In this document: one piece after another, positions 54,860 to 64,000 of the stretch
How the letters are laid out: each line of letters begins with the position of its first letter
Position numbering within the stretch: the stretch's first letter is position 1
Assembly (NCBI GenBank): GCA_964291265.2
Contig: OZ219747.1
Coordinates: 2,432,001 to 2,496,000 of the forward strand
From: Alphaproteobacteria bacterium
Lineage (GTDB): Bacteria > Pseudomonadota > Alphaproteobacteria > SP197
DNA: 64,000 nucleotides
Reading direction: 5' to 3'
Translations under genes and position numbers: made by a program
Notes under the pieces: generated by a model
Told to the model about the DNA's origin: nothing
What the model saw: the letters and a program-made list of their open reading frames with translations, nothing else
Database searches by the model: none

Positions 54860-56827
54860 TCACGCGCCGATTGCCATGCCGGCCCTGAGCCCGTCGAGCA
54901 CCGCCTCCTCCGCCGTACGAGGCGATAGCGCATCGCCGATCACGTGCACTTCGCCCGGCCAGCCGGCGAGTTCGCCGGCAAGCGCCGTATCGCTCGCCGT
55001 GCCCTGACACAACACCAGGGTCTCCACGTCATCGCAGATGATCGAATCGTCGGTCACCGTGTGCTGCAGATAAACGGTGTCACGGTCGGCGCCGAACAGC
55101 CGTGCGTAGGTGATGATCTCGACGCCGAGCCTGGAGAGCTGGCCGATCCAGTGATCGCGCACTGCCTCCTGAAGGTTCTGTCCCGGGACCATTCCGGTGA
55201 CCGCCAGGCGTACACGGCAGCCGTCTCGGGCCAGCTTTTCGGCGAGGCCCAACCCGATCCAGTCACTCTTCCAGTCCGCAATCAGTACGGAGCTGCCGAC
55301 ATTGGCTTCGCCCCGGATGACCGACCAGGACTCGACCACGTGGGTCTCGTCTTCCCCCTCGACCGCGGGCAGGTAGGGCCGGCCACCGGTCGCGACGACT
55401 GCGGCGTCGGGACCGGCGTCGCGAATGGCCTTCGCCGTGACTGCGGCGCTGCGCTTGACGCGTACGCCCATGAGCTCCATCTCGCGAACGAGGTTGGTCA
55501 CGATACCGCCAAACTCGGCTCGCCCGGGAAGGGCCTGGGCCAGAAGGGCCTGCCCGCCGAGCCTGCCGCTCCGTTCGTAGAGTGTCACGTCGTGGCCGCG
55601 TTCCGCAAGCACCGCGGCGGCCTTCATTCCCGCCGGACCACCGCCCACGACCCAGATAGTCCTGCGCCGGTGCGCCGGCGACTTGATGTGGTCGAACGCG
55701 AGTTCGCGTCCGGTTTCGGGGTGCTGGATGCAGGAGACGGCGTGATACTGCAGTCGATGACCGAAGCATGCCTGGTTGCAGGCGATGCAGCTGCGGATGT
55801 CGTCCACGCGCCCGGCTTCGGCCTTCGCGGCGAACATGGGATCGGCGATCATGCCACGCACCATGCCGACCATGTCGGCCTGACCGCTGGCAATGATGTC
55901 CTCGGCGAGGTGTGGCTGGTTGACTCGCCCGGCCACCAGAACCGGTAGCGTCAGATGCTGTCTCAATGCTCCCGCGCAGGCCGCGACGTGACCCGGTTCG
56001 ATCGCCATGGGCGGAACGACCTCAATCCAACCTCGCGCCGTCTGCGTGTTGCCTCCGATGACGTTGATGTAGTCGACAAGGCCCCGGTCCTCAAGCACCC
56101 GGCAGACCTCCAGCACCTCGCCGGAGTCCATGGCCCCGGGCGTGGCGTCTGCGTCGCTGATCCTGACACCGAGGATCGGATCACAGCCGATGCGGGCCCG
56201 CGCGGCCTCGAGGATCTCGACGAGGAACCGCATGCGATTCTCGAGGCTTCCACCGTAGGCGTCGTCGCGCCGGTTCACCCTGGGATTCAGAAACTGGGCG
56301 ATCAGATAGCCCATGCTGGCCAGGATCTCGACGCCGTCGAGGCCGCCTTCGACGATATGGCCGGCGGCTCGCGCGTAGGAGTCGACCAGCTCGGCAAGCA
56401 GCGCCGGAGTGGCCGGTGTCGGCATGACGCTGTAGCGCTCGAACGGCACCGAAGACGACGAGACCGCCGGACGACGCGCGCCGTCCGGCGTGGCCCGAAC
56501 GGCCGCGCCCGGGTGAAAGAGCTGACCCAGGATCATGCAGTCGTGCCCGTGGACGGCGTCGGCCAGGCGCCGGAAGCCGGGCACGATGCCGGGCTCGCCC
56601 GCCAGCAGGTAACCGAAGGCGAGATCGAAGCTGGGATGCATCGACATCCCTTCGATGACGATCATGCCGGCGCCACCCCGGGCGCGTGCCTCGTGATAGG
56701 CGATGAGCGCGTCGGAGACCTTTCCCCGGTCACCGAGCGACGTACCGTGGGCCGGAAAGAACAACCGGTTCCGGATCCTGTGGCCCCGGATCCTGATCGG
56801 CTGGAACAAGTGCGGGAAGACGGACAT
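54860..56827 (-). CDS. NADH:flavin oxidoreductase (OYE barrel + 4Fe-4S + FAD; DgcA/StcD-like)
   Basis: RARGGAG, QLFHPG, GYLIAQF, NRRDDAYGGSLENRMRF, CIACNQAC...CIQHP, VVGGGPAG. Confidence 0.88.
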   Translation of the reverse strand: MSVFPHLFQPIRIRGHRIRNRLFFPAHGTSLGDRGKVSDALIAYHEARARGGAGMIVIEGMSMHPSFDLAFGYLLAGEPGIVPGFRRLADAVHGHDCMILGQLFHPGAAVRATPDGARRPAVSSSSVPFERYSVMPTPATPALLAELVDSYARAAGHIVEGGLDGVEILASMGYLIAQFLNPRVNRRDDAYGGSLENRMRFLVEILEAARARIGCDPILGVRISDADATPGAMDSGEVLEVCRVLEDRGLVDYINVIGGNTQTARGWIEVVPPMAIEPGHVAACAGALRQHLTLPVLVAGRVNQPHLAEDIIASGQADMVGMVRGMIADPMFAAKAEAGRVDDIRSCIACNQACFGHRLQYHAVSCIQHPETGRELAFDHIKSPAHRRRTIWVVGGGPAGMKAAAVLAERGHDVTLYERSGRLGGQALLAQALPGRAEFGGIVTNLVREMELMGVRVKRSAAVTAKAIRDAGPDAAVVATGGRPYLPAVEGEDETHVVESWSVIRGEANVGSSVLIADWKSDWIGLGLAEKLARDGCRVRLAVTGMVPGQNLQEAVRDHWIGQLSRLGVEIITYARLFGADRDTVYLQHTVTDDSIICDDVETLVLCQGTASDTALAGELAGWPGEVHVIGDALSPRTAEEAVLDGLRAGMAIGA

Positions 56828-56935
56828 GGCCGATTTCCGTGACGTTCGGACCGCCTGAGCAACGCAATGTGGCTTGATGCCATGGTCTCCGCCAATTGTA
56901 TACTCTTCAGTGGACTCGACCCCGGGGGTACAGCC

Positions 56936-58087
56936 ATGGACCACAGGGTTGTTGGGCGGCGCTCGTCCTGGAGCGACGTGGAGGCGCTTGCTGGGGCGGA
57001 TGCCCTGGAAGCACTGGAGAGGCCGGTCGACAGGGCGTCGGCATTGCCCAACGTGTGCTACACGAACGCGGCGTGGCAGGAGCTTGAGTTCGAGCGCCTC
57101 TTCGCCCGAAGCTGGTTTGTCGCCGGCTTCGTCCAGGACGTGCCGCAGCCCGGTGATGTCATGCCGGTCGATGCCCTCGGGACGCCGCTCCTCGTGCTGC
57201 GCGGCGTGGATGGCGAGGTCCGCGTCTTCCACAACGTGTGTCGCTACCGGCGCGCGGTGCTGGTCTCCGAGCAGTGCTCGGGGCTCCGGGAACTCGTCTC
57301 TCCCGGCCACGGCTGGACCTACGGGCTCGATGGTTCGCTCCGGGGCTGTCCACGCGGCGGTCACGACGATGCGCCTGGACTGGTGCCGGTGCGTTCGGAG
57401 GTGTGGCACCACTGGATATTCGTCAACTTGGATGGCGAGGCGCCCGCGCTGCAGGACTACCTGGCGCCGGCGGCAGACCTCGTCCGTGGCTACGACCTTG
57501 CGGCATCACGTCATGCCGGGACAGTGCGTTTCGAGGTCGCGGCCAACTGGAAGCTGGCGCTGGAGAACTACATCGAACCCTACCATGTCTTCTCGGCCCA
57601 TCCGAGGTTGCATGCCTTCGTTGCGATGTCGGAACGGACGCCGAGCCGAATCGATCGTCACGTGATGTGGAATCGCTATCTCTTCAAGGCGGCCGAACCT
57701 GGAAGAGGCGACGGACTGCCCTACTTCCCGAACCTGTCGGACGAGGCCGTCCGCCAGGGTGTCTGGTTCATCCTTCCCACGGCCTTTGGCGTCGAAGTCT
57801 ATCCGGATCACGTGGCGAGCTTTCACGTTGCGCCGGTCGCACCTGACCGTTGCCGCGAGCGCATCGACGTCTACCTGGTCGGTGAGGCTGCCACCTCGCC
57901 TGACTGGGCGGACGGACGCCAGGCCGTGCTCGACATGTGGGACGAACTCAATCACGAGGACATGGGCCTCATCGAGAGCATGCAGAGGGGCCGGATGTCG
58001 CCGGCCTACGATGGCGGTTGTCTGTCGGAGTACTGGGACGAGGCTCCTCTCCATCTCAGCCGCATGGTCGTCGAAGGCATGCGCTGA
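56936..58087 (+). CDS. Rieske non-heme oxygenase alpha subunit (choline monooxygenase-like), degenerate Rieske motif
   Basis: FHNVCRY...SPGHGWTYGLDG, ANWKLALENYIEPYH...H, terminal ED...ESMQRG. Confidence 0.85.
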   Translation: MDHRVVGRRSSWSDVEALAGADALEALERPVDRASALPNVCYTNAAWQELEFERLFARSWFVAGFVQDVPQPGDVMPVDALGTPLLVLRGVDGEVRVFHNVCRYRRAVLVSEQCSGLRELVSPGHGWTYGLDGSLRGCPRGGHDDAPGLVPVRSEVWHHWIFVNLDGEAPALQDYLAPAADLVRGYDLAASRHAGTVRFEVAANWKLALENYIEPYHVFSAHPRLHAFVAMSERTPSRIDRHVMWNRYLFKAAEPGRGDGLPYFPNLSDEAVRQGVWFILPTAFGVEVYPDHVASFHVAPVAPDRCRERIDVYLVGEAATSPDWADGRQAVLDMWDELNHEDMGLIESMQRGRMSPAYDGGCLSEYWDEAPLHLSRMVVEGMR

Positions 58088-58467
58088 CCCTTGTCGGGTT
58101 CCAGGCGGTCATGATCCCTCCGACGTCCTGGATTGATGTCATTGGTTGTGCAGCGGGTCGTGGTCCTTCGCCGTGATGTTCATGGGAACACTCCGGTCGG
58201 GAATGTCCTTCCGGAGCCAGAAGGCGCGGTTCCGCTGCCTGGCTCGGGTCGCCTCTTCCTTGCCGCCGTCCGGGTGTTCGGGTATCGAATGAAGCCTGTT
58301 GTCGATTCCGAGTACCCACGGTCAGGATCGCGAGGTGCGTCCGGTTTCAGATTCCGATGTCATCTGACGCCGAGCGGAACCGGTCGGCATGGGCCGACCG
58401 ACGGACGTGGTGGTCGCCTGGCGATCCTGATCGCGATACCGTCATCCGGACCCGACAAGGAGGGATC

Positions 58468-60099
58468 ATGCGCGCAAGCAAGTCGAGAATCGTGCTCATC
58501 GCCATGGCAGCTGTCGTTCTGGCGGGCAGCCTCTCCCCGGCCTGGAGCGCTGACGCCCACCCGGTCACGGGCGAAACCCTGTCGGACGACCAGACCTTCA
58601 CCTATCGCCTGCTCGACCAGTTTCCGACCCTCGACCCGCAGCTCAACCAGGACGTGTCAGGGTTCCACGTGATCCGCGACCTCTTCGAAGGCCTCCTGAG
58701 CCAGGACGCCGAGGGCAACCTCGTGCCGGGGGTGGCGACGCATTTCGTGGCGTCTGACAACAACACGACCTACACGTTCACACTGCGCAGGGACGCCGAA
58801 TGGTCGAACGGCGATCAAGTGACTGCGCATGATTTCGTCTACGCATGGAGGCGGGCGGTAGACCCTGTCACCGCTTCGCCCTACGGCTGGTACCTTGAAC
58901 TCACTCAGATCGAGAACGCAGCGGACATCCTGACCGGTGAAAGGGAGCCTTCCGAACTCGGGGTGCGTGCCGTGGACGATCACACCCTCGAAGTGAGGTT
59001 GTTCGCTCCCCTGCCTTACTTTCCGGCGATGACGACCTATGCGACGCTGTTCCCGACGCACCAGGCGACCATCGAGGCTCATGGCGCCAAGTGGACGGAA
59101 CCCGGGAACATGGTCTCCAACGGTGCCTACGTGCTCACGGATCTGGTGCTGAACGAATACCACAGGCGCGTGAAGAATCCCGAGTACTGGGATGCCGACA
59201 GCGTGATCATCGAGGAGGTGACAGGCCTCGTCATCAACGATGACAACCAGGCCCTGACCCGTTATCGCGCCGGTGAACTCGATCACCTCCAGCCCCTGCC
59301 CGCCGGCCAGTTTCCGGCGCTCAGGGAAGAAATGCCCGACGAGGCCACCAGTGTCCCGCGTCTGTGTTCCTACTACTACGCCATCAACCACAGCGAGAGC
59401 GGGCATGCCGCACTGCAGGACGCGCGCGTGCGCAGGGCACTCGGCATGGCCATCGACCGCGACGTGATCGTCGAACGCCTGCTCAAGGGCGGCCAGTGGC
59501 CCGCCTACAGTTTCACGCATCTCAAGACTGCAGGCTTCGTGATGCCCGAGATCGCTTATGCGGCGCTCTCTCAGGCCGAGCGCGACGGCGAGGCCAGGCG
59601 CCTCATGGAGGCTTCCGGGATCGAAGACCTGACGCTCAGACTGATCTACAACACCTCCGAAAGCCACAAGCAGATCGCCACTGTCATCAGCCAGATGTGG
59701 AAGCAGAAACTCGGCGTGACTACGGAACTGGCCAACTTCGAATGGAAGACCTACCTCAACATCATGGACAATCAGGAATTCGACCTCGCCCGATCAGGGT
59801 GGTGCGGCGACTACAACGAGGCGTCGACCTTTCTCGACCTGCTCACCACTGCCCATGGCGCGAATCGCGGCAAGTACTCGAACCCTGACGTCGACGAACT
59901 CATGAGCGCCTCGAAGACCGTCGGCGACCCGGGCGCGGTCTACGCCGAGGTCGAACAGATCCTTGCCGAGGACATGGCCATCATTCCGATCTATCACTAC
60001 GCCAACACGTTCCTGCTCTCCAGCGACATACGGGGCTGGCCCTATGACAACGTCGAGAACAACTGGTACTCGAAGAACCTCTATCGCGTAGCGGACTGA
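58468..60099 (+). CDS. oppA: Oligopeptide ABC transporter substrate-binding protein
   Basis: Signal peptide, TLDPQ, LFEGL, WSNGDQVTAHDFVYAW, SNGAY, GWCGDYNE. Confidence 0.92.
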   Translation: MRASKSRIVLIAMAAVVLAGSLSPAWSADAHPVTGETLSDDQTFTYRLLDQFPTLDPQLNQDVSGFHVIRDLFEGLLSQDAEGNLVPGVATHFVASDNNTTYTFTLRRDAEWSNGDQVTAHDFVYAWRRAVDPVTASPYGWYLELTQIENAADILTGEREPSELGVRAVDDHTLEVRLFAPLPYFPAMTTYATLFPTHQATIEAHGAKWTEPGNMVSNGAYVLTDLVLNEYHRRVKNPEYWDADSVIIEEVTGLVINDDNQALTRYRAGELDHLQPLPAGQFPALREEMPDEATSVPRLCSYYYAINHSESGHAALQDARVRRALGMAIDRDVIVERLLKGGQWPAYSFTHLKTAGFVMPEIAYAALSQAERDGEARRLMEASGIEDLTLRLIYNTSESHKQIATVISQMWKQKLGVTTELANFEWKTYLNIMDNQEFDLARSGWCGDYNEASTFLDLLTTAHGANRGKYSNPDVDELMSASKTVGDPGAVYAEVEQILAEDMAIIPIYHYANTFLLSSDIRGWPYDNVENNWYSKNLYRVAD

Positions 60100-60129
60100 T
60101 CGCAGGTCCCGAAACGTCCGGATTGGCGG

Positions 60130-61053
60130 ATGATCCAGTACGTTGCCAGGCGTCTTGCGGTCGCTGTGCCGACCCTCCTCGTTCTCATCATCGTTTCCTA
60201 TGTCCTGATGCATGCTGCTCCGGGCGGCCCGTTCGACACCGAGCGTACCCTGCCGCCGGAGGTCATGGCCAATCTTCAGCACAAGTACGGTCTCGATCAG
60301 CCGCTCGTCGTTCAGATCTGGCGCTATGTCGTTTCCGTCGTGACCAAATTCGATTTCGGACCGTCGTTCCAGTACACGGACCAGACGGTCAATGACGTGA
60401 TTCGCCAGGGTTTCCCGGTGACACTGACCTACGGCGCGTGGTCGTTCCTGGTGGCGGTCCTGGCGGGCGTCTCGCTGGGTATCGCGGCGGCCATCTCCCA
60501 CAACTCCTTTCTCGACTACCTCTGCGTTGGCGTTTCCGTCGGCGCCCAAGTCCTCCCGAACTTCGTTCTCGCGCCTGTGCTGACAATGGTCTTCACCCTT
60601 TGGCTGGCCTGGCTTCCGGGCGGAGGCTGGCAGGGCGGGCACTGGTCCTACGTCATCCTGCCGGTCATCGCGCTCTCGACGTCGTTCATGGCCTCGATCG
60701 CTCGCATGACCAGATCGTCCATGCTGGAGGCGCTGAATGCCGACTTCATTCGCACCGCACGGGCCAAGGGGCTGCCGATGCGCCAGATCGTGTGCCGCCA
60801 CGCACTCAAACCCACGATGCTGCCGGTGATCTCCTATCTCGGGCCGACATTCGTTGGCATGATCACCGGCTCCGTTGTGATTGACGTGTTCTTTGCGACT
60901 GGTGGAATCGGCCAGTTCTTCGTCAACTCGGCGCTGAATCGCGACTATCCGGTGATCATGGGAATCACCATCCTGTCGGGTGCGCTCACCATTGCCTTCA
61001 ACCTCGCGGTCGACCTGCTCTACGCCTGGTTGGACCCGCGCATCCGGTACTGA
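60130..61053 (+). CDS. oppB: Oligopeptide ABC permease
   Basis: APGGPF, DFGPS, FIRTARAKGL, NRDY, LDPRIRY. Confidence 0.93.
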   Translation: MIQYVARRLAVAVPTLLVLIIVSYVLMHAAPGGPFDTERTLPPEVMANLQHKYGLDQPLVVQIWRYVVSVVTKFDFGPSFQYTDQTVNDVIRQGFPVTLTYGAWSFLVAVLAGVSLGIAAAISHNSFLDYLCVGVSVGAQVLPNFVLAPVLTMVFTLWLAWLPGGGWQGGHWSYVILPVIALSTSFMASIARMTRSSMLEALNADFIRTARAKGLPMRQIVCRHALKPTMLPVISYLGPTFVGMITGSVVIDVFFATGGIGQFFVNSALNRDYPVIMGITILSGALTIAFNLAVDLLYAWLDPRIRY

Positions 61054-61054
61054 C

Positions 61055-61990
61055 GTGTCGCCCCTTCTCTTCGGCCACCGCGCCATCCGGTCCCCGGCCA
61101 CGACCGGCGACTCGGATGCCTCCGGTGGCCGCTCGCTCTGGCAGGACGCACGTGGCCGCTTTCTCCGCAACCGTGCCGCGGTGACCAGTCTTGCGGTTCT
61201 CGCACTCCTTGTTTTCTTCGTGCTCTTCGGTGACATCCTTGCAGCCTGGTCCAACGAAGAGATCGACTGGTCCATGCTCGGCAAAGTTGCGGAGGAAGGC
61301 GGCCCCTCGTTCACCAACGGCCACTACTTCGGGGTGGACGAACTGGGGCGCGACCTCTTTGCGCGTACGGTACAGGGAACCGGAATATCGCTGATGGTCG
61401 GCGTTCTGGGGGCCCTGGTCTCGATGGTGGTCGGTACCCTCTACGGGGCCGTGGCGGGATACGTCGGCGGCGCGGTGGACAACGTCATGATGCGCGTTGT
61501 CGATGTGTTGATGGCCATTCCCTACATGTTCGTGCTGATCGTGTTCATGGTCGTGTTCGGTCGTTCCATCCTGATGCTGTTCGTGGGCATCGGACTCATC
61601 AGCTGGCTCGACATGGCGCGCATCGCGCGGGGACAGACGCTCTCCATCAAGAACCGTGACTTTGTCGAAGCCGCCGTCGCGATCGGCGTCGGCCCTGGAA
61701 AGATCATCCTGCGCCACATCATCCCCAATCTTCTGGGCGTGGTCGCTGTCTACGCGACACTGCTCGTACCTTCTATGATCATCTACGAGAGTTTCATCAG
61801 CTTTCTCGGCCTCGGCGTGCAGGAACCCGACACGAGCCTGGGTGCGCTCATCAGCGACGGAGCGGGCCAGATGCAGTACGGCACACTCTGGCAGCTCCTG
61901 TTCCCGCTCTTCTTCTTCGTCACCACGCTGTTCGCGTTCTTCTTCGTCGGCGACGGATTGCGCGATGCGCTGGATCCCAGGGACCGATGA
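61055..61990 (+). CDS. oppC: Oligopeptide ABC permease
   Basis: SLWQDA, HYFGVDELGRDLF, ARIARGQ, ESFISFLGLG, GDGLRDALDPR. Confidence 0.92.
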   Translation: MSPLLFGHRAIRSPATTGDSDASGGRSLWQDARGRFLRNRAAVTSLAVLALLVFFVLFGDILAAWSNEEIDWSMLGKVAEEGGPSFTNGHYFGVDELGRDLFARTVQGTGISLMVGVLGALVSMVVGTLYGAVAGYVGGAVDNVMMRVVDVLMAIPYMFVLIVFMVVFGRSILMLFVGIGLISWLDMARIARGQTLSIKNRDFVEAAVAIGVGPGKIILRHIIPNLLGVVAVYATLLVPSMIIYESFISFLGLGVQEPDTSLGALISDGAGQMQYGTLWQLLFPLFFFVTTLFAFFFVGDGLRDALDPRDR

Positions 61991-61993
61991 GTC

Positions 61994-62965
61994 GTGACCC
62001 TGCTTCAGGTGCGTGACCTCAGCGTTTCCTTCCGGACAGGCGACGGCACGGTCAACGCCGTGAACGGGGTCGACCTCGCGGTCGCGGATGGACAGGCAAT
62101 TGCCGTGGTCGGCGAGAGCGGTTCGGGCAAGAGCCAGATCATGCACGCCATCATGGGACTCCTGGCGCGAAACGGCACGGCGTCGGGCTCGATCCTGTTT
62201 GATGGCACGGAACTGCTGGGTCTTGACGAGCGTGCTTTCAACCGGATTCGCGCACGCGAGATCGCGATGGTCTTTCAGGATCCGATGACGGCGCTCAATC
62301 CCTACATGAGAGTCTCGCACCAGATGACCGAGGTGCTGACGTTGCACGAGGGCCTGGGCCGGGGCGAGGCGCTCGGTGAAGCGGTCCGCCTGCTCGACGC
62401 CATGGAAGTGCCCGAGGCGCGTACCCGCATCGCCATGTATCCGCATGAATTGTCCGGCGGCATGCGCCAGCGGGTGCTGATCGCGATGGCGCTGCTTTGC
62501 CGTCCTCGCCTGCTGATCGCAGACGAACCCACCACGGCGCTCGACGCCACGGTTCGCGGCCAGATCATGCGCCTTCTCGGAGACGTGAAGTCGAGGTTCG
62601 ACACCGCCGTCATTCTCGTCACTCACGATGCCGGCATCGTCGCGGGACACTGCGACGAGATGGTCGTGCTCTACGGCGGCCAGGTGATGGAAAGCGGTCC
62701 GGTGGCTCAGACATTCGCCGCACCGCACCACCCCTACACACGCGGCCTGCTGGATGCCGTGCCGAGGCTCGACCGCGACGACGAGAGGTTGCGCGCCATC
62801 CCCGGAGACCCGCCGGGCATGCACCGGCTTCCCGGCGGCTGCCCCTATGCGGCGCGTTGTCCGCGGGCGGACGAGCGCTGTCATCATGTGCGGCCTCCCG
62901 GCGTCAGTCATGCACCGGGCCGGAGGGTTGCCTGTCACTGGCCCCTGGTAGGCGGTGGGGAATGA
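61994..62965 (+). CDS. oppD: Oligopeptide ABC ATP-binding protein
   Basis: [46 protein letters not shown]. Confidence 0.93.
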   Translation: MTLLQVRDLSVSFRTGDGTVNAVNGVDLAVADGQAIAVVGESGSGKSQIMHAIMGLLARNGTASGSILFDGTELLGLDERAFNRIRAREIAMVFQDPMTALNPYMRVSHQMTEVLTLHEGLGRGEALGEAVRLLDAMEVPEARTRIAMYPHELSGGMRQRVLIAMALLCRPRLLIADEPTTALDATVRGQIMRLLGDVKSRFDTAVILVTHDAGIVAGHCDEMVVLYGGQVMESGPVAQTFAAPHHPYTRGLLDAVPRLDRDDERLRAIPGDPPGMHRLPGGCPYAARCPRADERCHHVRPPGVSHAPGRRVACHWPLVGGGE

Positions 62966-63942
62966 ACGAACCCCTTCTTTCCGTGAGGGACCTATGCGTC
63001 ACCTTCCGCGTGCGTCCGGGAGGGCGTCCCCCCTGGTCCCCACCGAAAGAGCTTCGAGCCGTCCGGGGCGTCGGATTTGATCTCGCTCCGGCCGAAACGC
63101 TCGGTATCGTCGGCGAGAGCGGATCCGGCAAGTCCACCCTTGCCCGCTCCCTGATCGGGACGGTGCCCGCCACCGGGGGCCGGGCGCTGTGGCAGGGCAG
63201 GGATATGCTGGCTCTGGATCCCGCAGAGCGCCGGCTCCTGCGCCGCGACATGCAGATGATCTTCCAGGATCCCCTGGGGGCCCTGGATCCCCGCATGACG
63301 GCTGGCAAGATCATCGCAGAACCTCTCGTGACCCATGAACCGGGCCTGTCAAGGCACGAGATCGCATCGCGAGTGAGAGGGCTGCTCGAGCGGGTGGGCC
63401 TGCTTCCCGAACACATCAACCGCTACCCCCACGAGTTTTCCGGCGGCCAGTGCCAGCGCATCGGCATTGCCCGCGCACTCATCGTCGAGCCCAGGCTCCT
63501 GATCTGCGACGAACCCGTCTCGGCGCTCGACGTCAGCGTGCAGGCCCAGATCGTCAACCTGCTTCGCGACCTGCAGCGCGACCTTGAACTCTCGCTGATC
63601 TTCATCTCTCACGATCTGAGTGTGGTGAAGCACATCGCTGACCGGATTCTGGTGTTCTACCTCGGCAGGGTCATGGAGCATGGCGCGGCACGCGATCTCG
63701 TTCGCGATCCACGCCATCCCTATACCCGCGCCCTGATCGCGGCGACGCCGGTCCCCGATCCCGCCAAGGAGCGCGGAGGTCCGGCCGCGGGTCTCGAGGG
63801 CGAGGTGCCGTCGCCCCTGTCGCCCCCTTCCGGATGCGTGTTTCGCACCCGCTGTCCTCTGGCCCGCCAATCCTGCGCCGAGGCCGTTCCGGCATTGCAG
63901 GAACACGACGACGGTCGTTTCGTGGCCTGTCCTTTTGGCTGA
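62962..63942 (+). CDS. oppF: Oligopeptide ABC ATP-binding protein
   Basis: [38 protein letters not shown]. Confidence 0.93.
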   Translation: MNEPLLSVRDLCVTFRVRPGGRPPWSPPKELRAVRGVGFDLAPAETLGIVGESGSGKSTLARSLIGTVPATGGRALWQGRDMLALDPAERRLLRRDMQMIFQDPLGALDPRMTAGKIIAEPLVTHEPGLSRHEIASRVRGLLERVGLLPEHINRYPHEFSGGQCQRIGIARALIVEPRLLICDEPVSALDVSVQAQIVNLLRDLQRDLELSLIFISHDLSVVKHIADRILVFYLGRVMEHGAARDLVRDPRHPYTRALIAATPVPDPAKERGGPAAGLEGEVPSPLSPPSGCVFRTRCPLARQSCAEAVPALQEHDDGRFVACPFG

Positions 63943-64000
63943 GACGGGACAGACCGGGTCGAGCGTGCCTGACCTCGCTCACTGGAAGGCGCCAGACGTC

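Overview
This is a GC-rich alphaproteobacterial chromosome segment; the 16S-tRNA-Ile-tRNA-Ala-23S-5S-tRNA-fMet operon and the purM/purN/hda, ispH-thrB-rnhA and rluD-rpoH synteny support that assignment. (1) 1-16.3 kb: an edge-truncated OLD-like ABC-ATPase/TOPRIM gene, a PptH-like metallophosphoesterase and housekeeping genes (ndk, purN, purM, hda, hpnC, rnhA, thrB, ispH, purA, rpoH, rluD). (2) 16.5-32.3 kb: a tightly coupled 10-gene srfABC-type operon with two SrfA-like membrane proteins (one fused to a trypsin protease), DUF2135-like domains, actin-fold SrfB, GTPase-like SrfC, a kinase-less PpkA-like vWA protein and a TagT/TagS/TagR-like module, with no T6SS structural genes. (3) An M23 peptidase with five LysM/OapA-like repeats. 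(4) The rRNA operon, whose tRNA-fMet has an atypical U1:A72 pair. (5) 40.7-49.9 kb: a decayed island with two TA modules, an integrase scar, Cys-rich remnants, a large 2OG-Fe(II) oxygenase and a complete 2,433-bp IS66 element (inverted repeats, 8-bp target duplication) carrying a Dam-like methyltransferase passenger. (6) cysG-DUF2849-cysI(frameshifted)-DUF934 without cysH, an Lrp regulator, an OYE-like flavoprotein divergent from a Rieske oxygenase with a degenerate 2Fe-2S motif, and oppABCDF. All family calls come from motif recognition by eye; no database search was run.
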